A stretch of 64,000 bases of DNA from Octopus vulgaris (Eukaryota): positions 39,246,001 through 39,310,000 of the forward strand of contig OX597826.1 of the NCBI GenBank assembly GCA_951406725.2, in the 5' to 3' direction. Positions within the stretch are counted from its first letter, which is position 1, and the number at the start of each line of letters is the position of its first letter. Below, piece by piece: positions 39,168-51,878 of the stretch. Both the position numbers and the translations under genes were made by a program. Under the pieces are notes generated by a model. The model ran no database searches. It was given only the letters and a program-made list of their open reading frames with translations, and was not told the DNA's origin.

Positions 39168-40819
39168 TACCCCCTCGCTGCCTGTTATACCGAATATATT
39201 TGCTGTTTGATGATGCGTTTGTATTGTAAATAATACTGTTTTACCTTGCATGTCTGATATGCACAGGTTTGCATTGTAAACGCCGCTGCCTTACTGAGTA
39301 TGACTTTTGTTCGTTAATGTGTATTCTTTATAGGTAAATAAATGTTTTAGCGATCTGTTTGATATGTGTGATGTAGCTTTTTATTGTTTTCCTGTTTAGT
39401 CCGTAACGAGATAGTCCGTATTGAACATACCAAAGATCGTATATATTTCTGCTGTGATTTACTCATCTTTTTTACAAGCATAGTGCGTATAGGATAACAT
39501 TACCGAATGTATACTTTCTGTTTGGAGATGGTAGGGTGTAATTTCTGGGAGATTTTGCTGTCATTTTTAGTAAGACCATAACTTATAATATATAGTTGGA
39601 ACAAATTTGCAGATAATTTTTCTCCCATATAATCAAAGAATTAATTTTCATCTATTGGACAATTAAGCAAGCATTTTATGTCCTCAAGGTCATTTAAAAC
39701 GATATTTGGAAGATTTTTACTTGTTCTAATAATGTTTGTTTAGAGTTTGTCTAGAGATAGCCTTTTTTGTAAACTTTGGCACTGAAATTCGTATAGTATG
39801 GCGGCTATTTATATCTCCCAATAATGAAATTGTAAATTATCTTCTTTATGGTTAATTTCTCTTACTAGTAGTAATTCATCGAAGAACTAAAATATTGTTT
39901 TGTCTCTGAATAGATGGATCACGCTTGAAATATCAAATGCCTCGTTTCCCCACAGGGCACAGATTAAACGAAACGTACTAGCTATTTGTAAATTTTCGTT
40001 GGTTTAAAATGGCGAATTTATAAAAGTTTATTAGCTTTCACTTTGAACACTCCCTTCTATCGTCAATCATTTACAGCTACAGCCTTTTAACGTCTGATCT
40101 ACCATGACAAATTTTAAGTATTCTTTCGTTAAAGTATTTTTTCGATTCAACAATTATAAATGTTTCGTTTGCAAAATAGCTCTAAGCAAGGGAAATTATT
40201 AATATTTCAAAGTGAATGAGTCACGTATTTATGGTAATAAAACAAACTAGCGCTGGACATTAATTTTCTTACAGACAATTCCTTTTACCGACATATTTAG
40301 ATATATAGGGATATTTATGTGTAATTTTATTTTTCAACATTTCCAGTATTCACTAAAAGTAATCCAGATAATGAAAAATATACAAAAATAGTATGAATTA
40401 CCAAAGAAAATAGAATTAATACAAAACAGGAGGAATTACATTGAAGACGGTTCGTAAGTTTCATTTTCTAATGGTGATTCTTTTGTTCTTCCTCTCTGTG
40501 AATCTCTCTCTATCGCTGGTTGATTCGGGTTTTTCTATTTTCGCCTATTGATGTATATAAACACTCATACAAACATATACCACATTATATATATTTCACT
40601 AATACATACATACATGTGTATGTATGTGTATGCGCGTGTGAAATTAATACACATGTACACACGCGTATGTTTATACAGATATATGTCTGTCTATATGTAT
40701 ACTCATGTAGATATACATACATACACATACATATACACATACATATATATGCACATGTGTATACATATATGCATATATACAGATGCATATGTGTGTGTGT
40801 GCGTGTATATATGCATTTT

Positions 40820-40900
40820 TTTCTCTCCGTTTTTTTTCCCAATCTCTCTCCATTTCCCCCTCTTAATCCTTTCTGTCAACGAGCGTAGGCTCGAAACGTA
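40820..40900 (+). mobile_element. Penelope-like remnant with decayed hammerhead
   Basis: TTTCTGTCAAC-GAGCGTAGGCTC-GAAACGTA; stem II is identical to the 22871 motif but the core is mutated. Confidence 0.5.
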
Positions 40901-41311
40901 GCATATATAGACTGTTAGGTAGTGTACTGCTGTACTTATCAACTATAACTTCTTAAAACCCCAGAAAGCATATATAGACTATATATTATTCAGAGAAGAA
41001 TACAGTGTACGTTCAAACACAAAAGAGATACCCGAAGAGTAGGATATCTGACTCGCTAGAAAGAGCAGTTAAAACTCCAAGCCACCAATTGTTGTAATTC
41101 CGAAAGTGATTGAAAAATAAAAACTTTTACCGTAATCCTAGACCCTACAAGGTTTCTGCAGACTTAAATACAGATTGAAATAAAATAATTTCAGTCTATA
41201 TCTGGCGCTGCATCCTCAGTAGGTTGCCAGGACTGAACACATAGACATGGAGCTATAAGTAATCAGCCACGTGTCTATAGGTTCTAATTTTTCGAATCTT
41301 ATTAAGCGAAA

Positions 41312-41997
41312 ATTAACCGAAAATTATCCAAAAACTTACAGTATTTAATTATATCAATGGGAAATGGAATTTAATTAAAATTAAAAACATTCAATTAAAA
41401 TTTACATTTCCAGGACTGAAATTTTTTTACGCGTTAGACCACTGGAAATGTAAATTTTAGTTGAATGTTTTTAATTTTAATTAAATTCCATTTCCCTTTG
41501 ATATGATTAAATACTGTAAGTTTTTGGATAATTTTTGGTTAATAAGTTGGCGGTTTTTTATTGTAGCCAACGAAGGACTGCGTCTGCGCAGTAAATTTGA
41601 AAAGTTAATTCGTATGAACACCACATATCGTGTGGATATGTTTAACACTAGGTTGGACCTGCTGGAGAAAATCAAACCTTGTGAGTTCTCCATGACTCGC
41701 TAAAAGATTATTAGAAACCAATTGGTCCAGGAAACTAGATGGTAAATGTTTTTCATTTCCAAATATATTCCTGTCGAACTTTATCCCGAATTTTTTGTGG
41801 TTATAGAACTTAGCTGTTCTTTCTAGCGCGTAGAATCCCTATAAGTGGATTCTCTATGTGTTTAAATATACACTATATCATATGACTAATATATAGTCTT
41901 CCTGACTAAAATTTTTTTACGCGTTAGACTACTGGAAATGTAAATTTTAATTGAATTTTTTTAATTTTAATTAAATTCCATTTTCCTTTGATATGAT

Positions 41998-41999
<2 letters not shown>
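41312..41999. repeat. 102-bp inverted repeat (28-bp spacer) plus a third direct copy
   Basis: 41312-41413 vs 41442-41543 inverted. 41903-41999 repeats the spacer plus right arm and ends at (TA)n. Confidence 0.85.
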
Positions 42000-42042
<43 letters not shown>

Positions 42043-42074
42043 TTATACACACATGTATACACACAAAACTTCTC

Positions 42075-42430
42075 AATTTCATTGTTCAGGCCTGTACCTT
42101 TGCATGACACTTGGGCAAGTGTCTTCTACTATAGCCTCGAGCCGACCGAACCATGTGAGTGGATTTGATAGACGGATATTGAAACTCCATCGTATATGTA
42201 TGTATGTGTATATATTTACGCTTGTGTGCATTTGTGTTAGTGTTTGTTCCTCCTCCAACTTGACAACCGATGTTAATTTGCTTATGTCCAGGGACTCGGA
42301 GGTTCGGGAGAAATATTCTAATAAAATAAGTACGAAACTTAAAAATAAGCATTAGGATCGAATTTTTGGTTAAAACATTCAAGTCAGTGCTGAATATTGT
42401 CGCAGTCCAATGCCTAAAACAAGCAAAAGA
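42075..42430 (+). mobile_element. SINE family A, diverged
   Basis: CACTTGGGCAAGTGTCTTCTACTATAGCCTCG...CTTGACAACCGATG...CGCAGTCCAATG. Confidence 0.8.
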
Positions 42431-42660
42431 TGCAGTGGACTCTTGGCTTCATGGGAGCTGTTATTCCGGCACTCAACTAAGAGTCTACTGCATCCTATGG
42501 CAAAAACCGGTTTAAGCTGATGAAATTCATAACAGAACCATTGTTTTTCTTGTACCATCTTTTTTTCTCATTACCACTCTATACTCATCAAACATTTTGT
42601 TCTGAACCGTACGTATATCGAGTTCTACATCAGGTCTGGCAATGCCTAAGTGAAATATTG

Positions 42661-42703
<43 letters not shown>

Positions 42704-42789
42704 TGTATAAGCATACATATATTCACACGTGCATGTTTGTGAGCCGTTTAAAGTACATTTTGGTGTCAGCAATTAAAGTGCATTTTGCT

Positions 42790-42821
<32 letters not shown>

Positions 42822-43099
42822 AGCACATGAACATACACATATGCAGGCACATACAAACATATGAGTATGTCTCTTTTTCGCATACACACGTACTTCCCAC
42901 GTATATCATATAACATACTATACATGTGTTTACTTTGTTTCTAAAATCCTACTAACACATCCCCTATATATATATATACACACACAGTATACACCACGAG
43001 CAGACTGCAGCATATAATATTGATCTTTGGTGAGTTGTTTCTCAAGAGTAATGGATAGGCTCATAAAGGGACTACAATTCTGCATTAAATACAACAAGC

Positions 43100-43263
43100 A
43101 ATTATTATCATAAATTTGATGATGATGCTAATGATGTTGATTACCATTATCATTACCGTTACTATTATTATCATTATTATTATTATCATTATCATCATCA
43201 TCATCATCAACATCATCATCATCGTCATCATCATCGTCATCGTCATCGTCGTCGTCATCGTCG

Positions 43264-43296
<33 letters not shown>

Positions 43297-43372
43297 CCAT
43301 CATCATCATCGTCATCATCATCATTATCATCATCATCATCATCATCATCATCATTTTCATCACCATTATTAA

Positions 43373-43438
<66 letters not shown>

Positions 43439-43478
43439 CATCATTATTATTATCATCATTATTATTATCATCATGATG

Positions 43479-43511
<33 letters not shown>

Positions 43512-43559
43512 TTTATCATCATCATCATTATTATTATCATCATTATTATTATCATCATG

Positions 43560-43651
<92 letters not shown>
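43100..43651. repeat. ~550-bp compound (ATT/ATC/GTC)n microsatellite
   Basis: Direct observation. Confidence 0.95.
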
Positions 43652-43657
<6 letters not shown>

Positions 43658-44067
43658 GGTAAAGTGGAGCGCAATTTCTTGAGTGGTTGTTTGCGATCGT
43701 AATGGTTGCATATCCCTGTGGTACGTCAATGCGATTTGCTTATTCCTCTCACCACAAATACTACATCATGGATCAGGTGTGTCATTGAACGAGCGCGAGA
43801 TTTATGATTTACGGGGGTGGAAATCACCAATTCATACAATGTTCAACGCATTAATAAAGCATTTTTCCAGCTAATTTTCAATTTAGTGAATGCATTTTTC
43901 TGTATTTCGTGGTAAAAGGAGATTCATATTAAACCAGTTAATATGCAGCTTCCTGTACTTTATCGCAGTATTATATTAAAAGTGTGACTGTGTAGTGAGA
44001 AGTTTCCTTCCCAAATACATAGTTCTGTTCAATCCCACTTCATGGTTCTGTTCAATCCCACTTCATA

Positions 44068-44240
44068 GGCGCAGGAGTGGCTGTGTGGCTTGCTTACCAA
44101 CCACATGGTTCCGGGTTCAGGCCCACTGCGTGGCACCTTGGGCAAGTGTCTTCTACTATAGCCTCGGGCCGACCAAAGCCTTGTGAGTGGATTTGGTAGA
44201 CGGAAACTGAAAAAATCCCGTTGTATATATGTACATGTAT

Positions 44241-44276
<36 letters not shown>

Positions 44277-44540
44277 GTGTATATGTGTGTGTGTGTGTGT
44301 GTGCGTGTGTGCGTGTGTGTGCATGTGTGTGTTTGTGTGTCTGTGTTTGTCCCCCTAACATCACTTGACAACCGAAACTGGTGTGCTTACGTCCCCGTAA
44401 CTTAGCGGTTCGGCAAAAGAGACCGATAGAATAAGTACTAGGCTTACAAAGAATAAGTCCTGGGGTCGATTTGCTCGACTAAAGGTGGTGTTCCAGCATG
44501 GCCGCAGTCAAATGACTGAAACAAGTAAAAAGAGTAAAAG
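44068..44540 (+). mobile_element. Full-length SINE family A nested in an older family A copy (~43980-44060 and 44540-44640)
   Basis: Complete head, core and tail; flanked by a diverged head on the left and the diverged continuation on the right. Confidence 0.9.
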
Positions 44541-44985
44541 TGTATCTTGGACAATAGTTTTCTACAATAGCATGGGTCTACCAAAGCTGCGTGAGTCGAT
44601 TTGGTAGAAGGAAACTGAAAGAAGCTCATCGTATATACATACATAGTACACACACAAACACACGCACACACACGTATAATATAAATAATCTGAATAATAA
44701 GAGAAATAAATCTTTTTACACATCTTTAATGATTCGTTACAATTGTTTCTGTTCCAACTCTCCTTGCAACACCAGTTTACGCAAAAATTCGAAGTGAAAT
44801 AGTACGTATATTTTCGCCACATCCACACGACAGCTTTACCGTCGTGAAACCGAGATTTTCTACACTTGATGAATTTCGGTATTAGTCTGGAATTCGACAG
44901 TGTTGATAGCTCAGAACTTGAGTTGAATGCTTCTCAGGAAATACCGTACCTTTGTACTCCACACGGAACTAACACACACACACAC

Positions 44986-45049
<64 letters not shown>

Positions 45050-45064
45050 AATATATATATATAT

Positions 45065-45178
45065 GAATAAAAAATGGAGTTAACGCAGGTGTAAACAAAT
45101 ATTTTTACTTTTGCTGCCCTGGTAACTATTTATTTATTTTCCCGTGTTAATTGTTAACAAGGTAAAAATACACTCATC

Positions 45179-45231
<53 letters not shown>

Positions 45232-45339
45232 TAAAAAATGGAGTTAACGCAGGTGTAAACAAATATTTTTACTTTTGCTGCCCTGGTAACTATTTATTTA
45301 TTTTCCCGTGTTAATTGTTAACAAGGTAAAAATACACTC

Positions 45340-45346
<7 letters not shown>
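45065..45346. repeat. Identical 118-bp direct duplication separated and flanked by (TA)n
   Basis: 45065-45182 equals 45229-45346. Confidence 0.9.
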
Positions 45347-45406
<60 letters not shown>

Positions 45407-45659
45407 ATAGGTCATTCTTAGAAATGAGGTTAGCAACATCGGAAAGCGAATTTCTTCACTATTATCGGACGGGGCTGCTTTGCGAAATGTCGCCCGTATG
45501 ATACTTTGCGAAACAGTGGATTCTCAGAGGATATCCAGTATATTCATAACGTAATAACGTAGGTAACCGTAGTAGAGCCCGAAGAACTAGAACTAGAAAG
45601 TGTTTTTGTAGTTCAACTCAACACTCAACATGTGTGCTTATATGTTTGTATGTTTGTAT

Positions 45660-46409
45660 TTAAAATGAGGGTGAAAAATCGGATATTAATTTGATTAACA
45701 TCAATTTAAAACCAGTTGTCTAGCATGTTAAAATCTGAATGTTCAGAAAATTGTATTACATACATATGAGAGGGACGGCCAGTATATGGACAACCCTTAT
45801 GCTAGAAGTAGATCCGCTATGGTCTTACCACTAAAAAATGTTCTCAAGAAAATTTAGCAAACACCAGAACGTAAGCGAGCAAGACAAATGAAAAGTAACA
45901 ATAATATAGATTAATCATAAACATGTTTTAAATTGATGTTAATCAAATTAATATCCAATTTTTTACCCTAATTTTAAATTTAATTTAAATAAATACGTTC
46001 TCTAACCGACAAAAGCCACTGCACGAAATTATTTTCTTCAGTATTATTTCCGGTATTTTAACGCGCCAAAACGGGATTTTTTTGAAAAATAACCACAAGT
46101 GTAATAGGTAGAACTATATACATGTCCGACCTCATGCGGACGTCTCGTGTATAGTTCTGCAAATTATATGTGTAATGACGATCATACTGAAGATCGACAG
46201 ACAAACTGCGTAAGTAAAATTACGTAACTGTTGATAGTGAAACATGTTTATAGTTAATCTATATTTTTGTTACTTTTTATTTGTCTTGCTCACTTACGTT
46301 CTGGTGCTTGCTAAATTTTCTTGAGAACATTTCTTAGTGGTAAGACCATAGCGGATCTACTTCTAGCATAAGGGCTGTCCACATAGTGGCCGTCCCTCTC
46401 ATATGTATG
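45660..46409 (+). mobile_element. Penelope-like pseudo-LTR (family P1) with an inverted 3' copy
   Basis: 45759-45928 is the reverse complement of 46240-46409; 45660-45711 is inverted relative to ~45926-45977. Hammerhead-like motif at 46181-46254 (CTGAAGA, TCGACAG/CTGTTGA, GAAAC-AT-GTT). Confidence 0.8.
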
Positions 46410-46599
46410 CATATATGTATGTTTGTATGTTTGTATGTATATATGTTAGTATATATGGTTTTTAAACATGCAAGTGCATTTTATATATATATCAATATCT
46501 ATGCATACATCTATATTTGTGTGAAGGTGTAGATGTAGCTACTTTTAGGTGTTTGATGTATATACATATATATATATATTCAAATATGAATAAGAAACA

Positions 46600-46980
46600 G
46601 CTCGAGGTATATAAATAAAACGGAACACATACACAAGGAATGTTGTTAGTTCGTGGGTCGGTTGTGTTTTAGGCGAAAAAAATATATTCACTATACCCCT
46701 GGTGTTAAAAACACCCGGAAGTACGTCAAAAGCAAGCGAGACAACTCACATCAGGTCCCTTCTCGGAGCGACAGACATCGATGTTTCGTCATTGTTGTGA
46801 CTTTTTAATGCCGCGTACCGGACAAGGCCTGCTGCAAATCATATCACCGACCATGACTATATCATAAATGGCTTGAGAACCATCTGCTGGCATGTCTCAA
46901 CGTTTCATGCCACGGAAAAAAATATGACTTAGAAAGCAACATGAGGTATATAAACAATATGGAACACTCATACACATTAA
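46600..46980 (-). mobile_element. Penelope-like remnant with core-mutated hammerhead (46768-46814)
   Basis: Minus strand GCGGCA-[TTAAAAA]-GTCA(CAACAA)TGAC-GAAAC-ATCGAT-GTC-TGTCGC. Bounded by ~30-bp direct repeats GAGGTATATAAA...GGAACAC at ~46604 and ~46943. Confidence 0.55.
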
Positions 46981-47199
46981 CTCGTCATTAATGAATTATT
47001 TTCTGTTTATACATTACCCTCGTTTTACACAAAGTTTTTGAACTTGTCGTAATATATTCATAGTTTACATCCCCCACTCACCCAACTTGTGACAAAACCG
47101 CACCGTTTTGAAAATTAGCCATCCAGTCAAATTTAAATGCTTCTTCGTTGAATTGAATTATATCATATCATACTGTATTACATGTACCATCATGATTTT

Positions 47200-47501
47200 A
47201 ATTCAGTATTCATGACAGCTGTCCGACGAACGGGAACATGAAACTAGGTAACAGTTTGTGAAGATTTTTACAACTTCGATAAGGAGTGTCATTCAAAATG
47301 TGACCGCGTGTGTACCGTTGGCGATTTTTTTCCTCCGTCTTCCCTTCTTTGGATCTTTCCTTTTCCTATGTTTCTGACGAAGAGCTCCTCTCGAAACGTT
47401 AAACCCCCCTTCTTTCCTTCTTTCCTGAGCGTCCAATAATACTATACTTGTTCCACATCCCCGCGTTGTTGTGTTTTCTCTTTGTGTTTTCATGTTTGGA
47501 T

Positions 47502-47506
<5 letters not shown>
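47200..47506 (+). mobile_element. Penelope-like 3' end with two hammerhead motifs, ending at (TA)n
   Basis: 47218-47255: GCTGT-CCGACGA...GAAAC-TAG-GTA-ACAGT (decayed). 47370-47404: GTTT-CTGACGA-A-GAG(CTCCT)CTC-GAAACGTT-AAAC. Terminus ...TTAAC(TA)n. Confidence 0.7.
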
Positions 47507-47575
<69 letters not shown>

Positions 47576-47824
47576 CATACATACATACATACATACATAC
47601 ATACATACATACATACATACATTCATTTATATATAGAAACATGCATATATATATATAATCATAAATACCCAACTAGTATTTTATCTTGTACTCGACCCTC
47701 AACCCTGGACCACATTTACGAACAAGTTTCGATTCTCTCGTAATGTGACTTTTGGTATTCTTTAAATCTAATTCCATCTGCTCTGGAAATTTGAAACCCC
47801 ATGTTTGTAAAAACAAATCAGTAT

Positions 47825-47990
47825 CATCCAAGAAGTCCAGGGTTACTCATTTTTGCCAGCTGAGTGGCCTAGAGCTACGTGAAATGAAGTGCTTTGCTCA
47901 AGAACACAACGTGTCGCCTAGTCCAGGAATCGAAACCACAATCTTACGATCATCAGTCATACATCTAAGCCACTAAACCACCTACCTCCA
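47825..47990 (-). mobile_element. tRNA-derived SINE related to family C (V-domain-like)
   Basis: Minus strand GGAGGTAGGTGGTTTAGTGG...GGTTTCGATTCC...TTGTGTTCTTGAGCAAAGCACTT...CACTCAGCTGG. Confidence 0.75.
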
Positions 47991-48029
47991 CTTTGAATTT
48001 AAAAGAACACAATTTCTGCATGACTGTTT

Positions 48030-48170
48030 TTTTTTTACTTTATCAACCCGAAAAGATTCACAGCAAGGTTGATCTTGGTCTGACTTGGATTCAAAAAATA
48101 AAGAGCCGAAAGAAAAGCTACTAAGCATTTTTTCCAACGTACAAACAATTCTTCCACCTCGCTGCCTTAA
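48030..48170 (-). mobile_element. SINE family B, highly diverged
   Basis: TTTATCAACCCGAAAAGAT...CAAGGTTGA...CTAAGCATTT...CCACCTCGCTGCCTT. Confidence 0.6.
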
Positions 48171-48799
48171 TGTAATAGTTATATACTATCTTTCTTTGTA
48201 TCGCATTATCAGGGTATAAATATATTGGGTGCTTGTTTCTTTTCGCTATTCGATTGCTCAGCTTTGATATCAAATTGACATCGTAGTGTCTTGGACTGAG
48301 ATCATTCAGAAGATTTTTCTAAATTCATCCTGAGTTTTGTTAGTTCTAGCAGGCAAAGCGGATATATCTTTATCGGTTTATCTCTCACGTACAGTTCAAC
48401 GTACTCTGAAAATAGAAAGAAAAATATCACACTCCATCAGTTTCAATGATTATCAGATAATCTTTAGGGTTCTCATGTCACCCCCCCCCACTAGCTTGAT
48501 GGCCTACTGCCATTTTCGTCTTACCGAACATTGTTACAATATACGGTCTTTTATATCATTTCTATCAATTATTCCCAATATATGCCCCTTAGTACCAGTA
48601 TTTTCATCTTAAGGGATTTTGTCCAAGAAGTTACAATTAAATCTGCCGAAAATTAATCTTCGTGATAGAAACCCTCAGCCAAATTTCAGGTAATTTCTGA
48701 AGATCAGCTTATAATTAGCCTTGTTTCAGGCCGAGTGTTACTATCCCATGGTATATATTTAGCAGGATTATTTTTACCATAAGATAAATACATATTTAG

Positions 48800-49153
48800 A
48801 ACATCTCTGAGGTGTGACCATGTTTGAAGTGGTTGTACCACTTATTGATCAGCGCTTTGCCCATGTCATTATCGCCAAAAGGCTGCTGGAAGTGGATGGT
48901 TTGAGTTTGAATATTAGAAAGCTTTTCGCAGAACTTGATGCAATATTTCTGCTTCGGTGAAAACGAAAATCCGACGAACGCGCACTACACGCGTGTACTC
49001 CGAGCATAACAACCGGGAACTGATTCGTTCTACCAGCGCAAATATTTTCACGCATGCACAAGAAAAATGCCGTCACATTCCACCCAAGGGATTTTTGCCC
49101 TCGCGGTATTAGGGAAAGAATTATGAAGTCGGGTACTTTTTGAACGCACCTTG
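48800..49153 (-). mobile_element. Mariner 5' fragment, third lineage
   Basis: TA|CAAGGTGCGTTCAAAAAGTACCCG terminus; translation KQKYCIKFCEKL...FGDNDMGKALINKWYNHFKHGHTS (mariner N-terminal HTH). Confidence 0.8.
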
Positions 49154-50759
49154 TATTTTGTTAGACATTGAAGAGGGAGCCCTTATTTGTTCACCTTTCG
49201 ATGTTTCCATTATTCGGACATAAGTTAGCCTTAATTCTGTTCTTAGTGTTAGTTTTCCCAGTTTATATTATTTCTAACAGATAACTTATTTACTTATTCC
49301 ACCCATTATATATTCATTGATAGAAACAGCCCTAGCTATTCTTTTTATCATTTTCTAGCACTAAATATCGTTTCATTATCACGCTGAAAATTAATTAACG
49401 TTTCTTCAATACAACACCAGCCAGTAGATTTCTTTTTGTCATGCGTTATCACATTATCTAATTTCTGTCTTTTCGATGACACACCCTACTCTGTATAGTT
49501 TCATACACTCTTCTTTGTATAGACTCATACACTGATGAGATGCTTTAGATTTGATTTATTGTTTGCAGTATTCTTTAATTAAATATTTTCAAAAGGTCAT
49601 GTCTCTTTATGGTCTACAGAGATATGCTTCATGAATATAAGCAACTCTTGAGACGTTATTTAATTTCGTCTGCCATTTTATGTTTACCGTTTGAAATACT
49701 TATTTAATTCCTTTCACACTTACCGTTAAAAAATAATTTTCTAACAAATTACCGTTTGTCCCCCCTTTAACACTTTTCTAAACAACTTTTCTCGGAAATG
49801 TTCCTCGCAGAGAATATATTTCATGAAATTATCTCTGCTTGAAAATCCATTATTGACTATCTTGTAAAATCCTCTTATTTATGCTTTTCGTTTAATATCT
49901 ACACGAAGAAAAGAAAAAAGGAAGAAAAGCAGAACTATGGACATAACCAAGACTGTGACGGGCTAAATGTTTGGTAGTATTTTTTTGTGGTGGCAGTTAA
50001 TTTTCTGTTTAACTTTTGTTCATCAAAGTTTGATAGAAAAAGTTAAGTAGTCCTATTTGGATAAATACTGTTGGATATTACGTTCATCCGTCAAAAGAAA
50101 TTGAAATTGTACCTTTTTAGAATTTCCGAACCATGAGTCTTCACGCCCATTTTCAGTAGATACGAGGTGTAAGCATCTCCAAGTCAATAAAAACAAGAAG
50201 TGGAGTTGTGCCGTTTTGGGAAGGTCTGGATCTCACGAAAAAGACAAACTTCTTGGGCCCAGAAAGTATGTTGGTTGTAGTATACGGAGCAACAGTGAAG
50301 GCTTTACACTCAGATTACTAACTGTTTGTGAACCTACAGGAGCGGGGCAGCCATATTTTCCTGGCGTCCAGAGAGTTTCCAGAGAAATACTAGTGGGAAT
50401 GGAACAGTATCTTGGATGCACGCTTGCACTGTGTGAGGCTAATTAATAGAAGAGGGGGTGTGAAAGTCTCACAAATCTTCTCAGTCATTTCCAGTTGTCA
50501 GACTGAAACTACCCGGGTGTTATTATTTGCTAAATGTTTTTTCCGTTTTATAATTTCAGGATTGATTTCTTTCGCCAAATTTGTCAAACCGATTCCGTGA
50601 TGAGGGAGTCAATTTGGACAGCATAAATTGTTTTTATAGCGTATAAACATTTTGCTCTTGTTCATTTTCTGTCTCTGTGTAATTACTTTTTTGATTGAGC
50701 GTTCAGTTTTTTGGAGTGTTAACATATTTCGTATGTAAAGATTCGGCAAATACACTTAC

Positions 50760-50862
50760 CGTTGTAGCTGGTACAATGATAACTATAAATGTCCATTATA
50801 CTTTTATGTTGGAAATGGGAAAATCTTTCCACGTCACAAATACTGTTTTTTATCTCCATAAC
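50760..50862 (-). other. Candidate 103-nt host-gene exon
   Basis: Minus strand taactaac-attctgtcttccttag|GTTATGGAG...TACAACG|gtaagt: consensus branch point, polypyrimidine tract, acceptor and donor. One frame is fully open (VMEIKNSICDVERFSHFQHKSIMDIYSYHCTSYN). Confidence 0.6.
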
Positions 50863-51589
50863 CTAAGGAAGACAGAATGTTAGTTACCAGCGTGAACTGT
50901 GGCGTGAACAAAAAACTTGCAATAACATTAAGATTAAAAATAACTTCAAATGTTCTTTTTATAATTTCAGTTGTCTTTTTTATTATGAGGACAACAAAAG
51001 CGAGAACTAAAAGACCAAGAAGTAACCTATCTCGGCAGCACCACTTAGGAGCGTGGGGTTCAGATGGAAACTGGTGGGGTTGGTAGATATTTCTGAAAAA
51101 GCGAATGAGATTCGAAAATCGGCGGTGTGTACCGATGTAGCTTATGGCGATGTGTGTTAGGGTGAGATAATCAATGACATTAATACACCTCGGAACACTA
51201 TTAGAATTATTTACCGCAGAGGCTGCTGAGAGGAAGGGAGTAAAAGCCATTCAAGGGCTTTTTGCCAAGAAATTCTACAAAATAAAGTAAACAGGAACAT
51301 TTTATAATGATTGACGGTCTTAAAGTGACACTGAAAAATGATGGAGTTATTGAAAAATTTCCCATCATTATTGCTAGGAGTCCCAAGCAAGAGTCCTAAG
51401 AACTCCATTTTCCAGCCTCATTCAGTGGAAATAACGAGAGCCACTCACGGCAACAGCAACAAAAGCGAGAACTGAAAGACCAGGAAGTAGCCTCTTTAAA
51501 TTTTATAAATGCCTTGCAGTTATTACTTGTTTTATTACCATTACTAGCTGAGATACCCGGCCTTGCTCGGGATTAAAATGACATAGCTT

Positions 51590-51878
51590 TCTTTTATTGT
51601 TTTAGTTGTTTCAGTCAAGTGACTGCGGCCATACTGGAGCGCCGCCTTTAATCGCAAAAACTGGCCACAGGATTTATTCTTTGTAAGATTAGTACTTAAT
51701 CAATCAGTGTCTTTTGCTGAATCACTAAGTTATCGGAACGTAAACACTACAATATCAGTTGTCAAGCAATGATGGATGTACAAACACACATACACGCACG
51801 CGCGCGCGCGCACACACACACACACATAAATATACATATATATAGGACAGTCTGCTTTCAGTTTCCGTGTACGAAATC

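Noticed and set aside
43085-43729. 214-aa and 188-aa poly-Ile/Met ORFs (likewise poly-T/S at 2521, 11989, 55297 and YI/CV/HT ORFs throughout)
   Set aside because: Microsatellite artefacts with no splice or domain support.
43660-43920. Putative enhancer (Hox/Pbx-like GATTTATGATTTACG); similar unique island at 34150-34400
   Set aside because: Short motifs alone are insufficient without conservation or chromatin data.
50216-50450. ORF resembling an L1/Tx1 C-terminal zinc-knuckle region
   Set aside because: Key Cys/His residues are missing; too degenerate to call.
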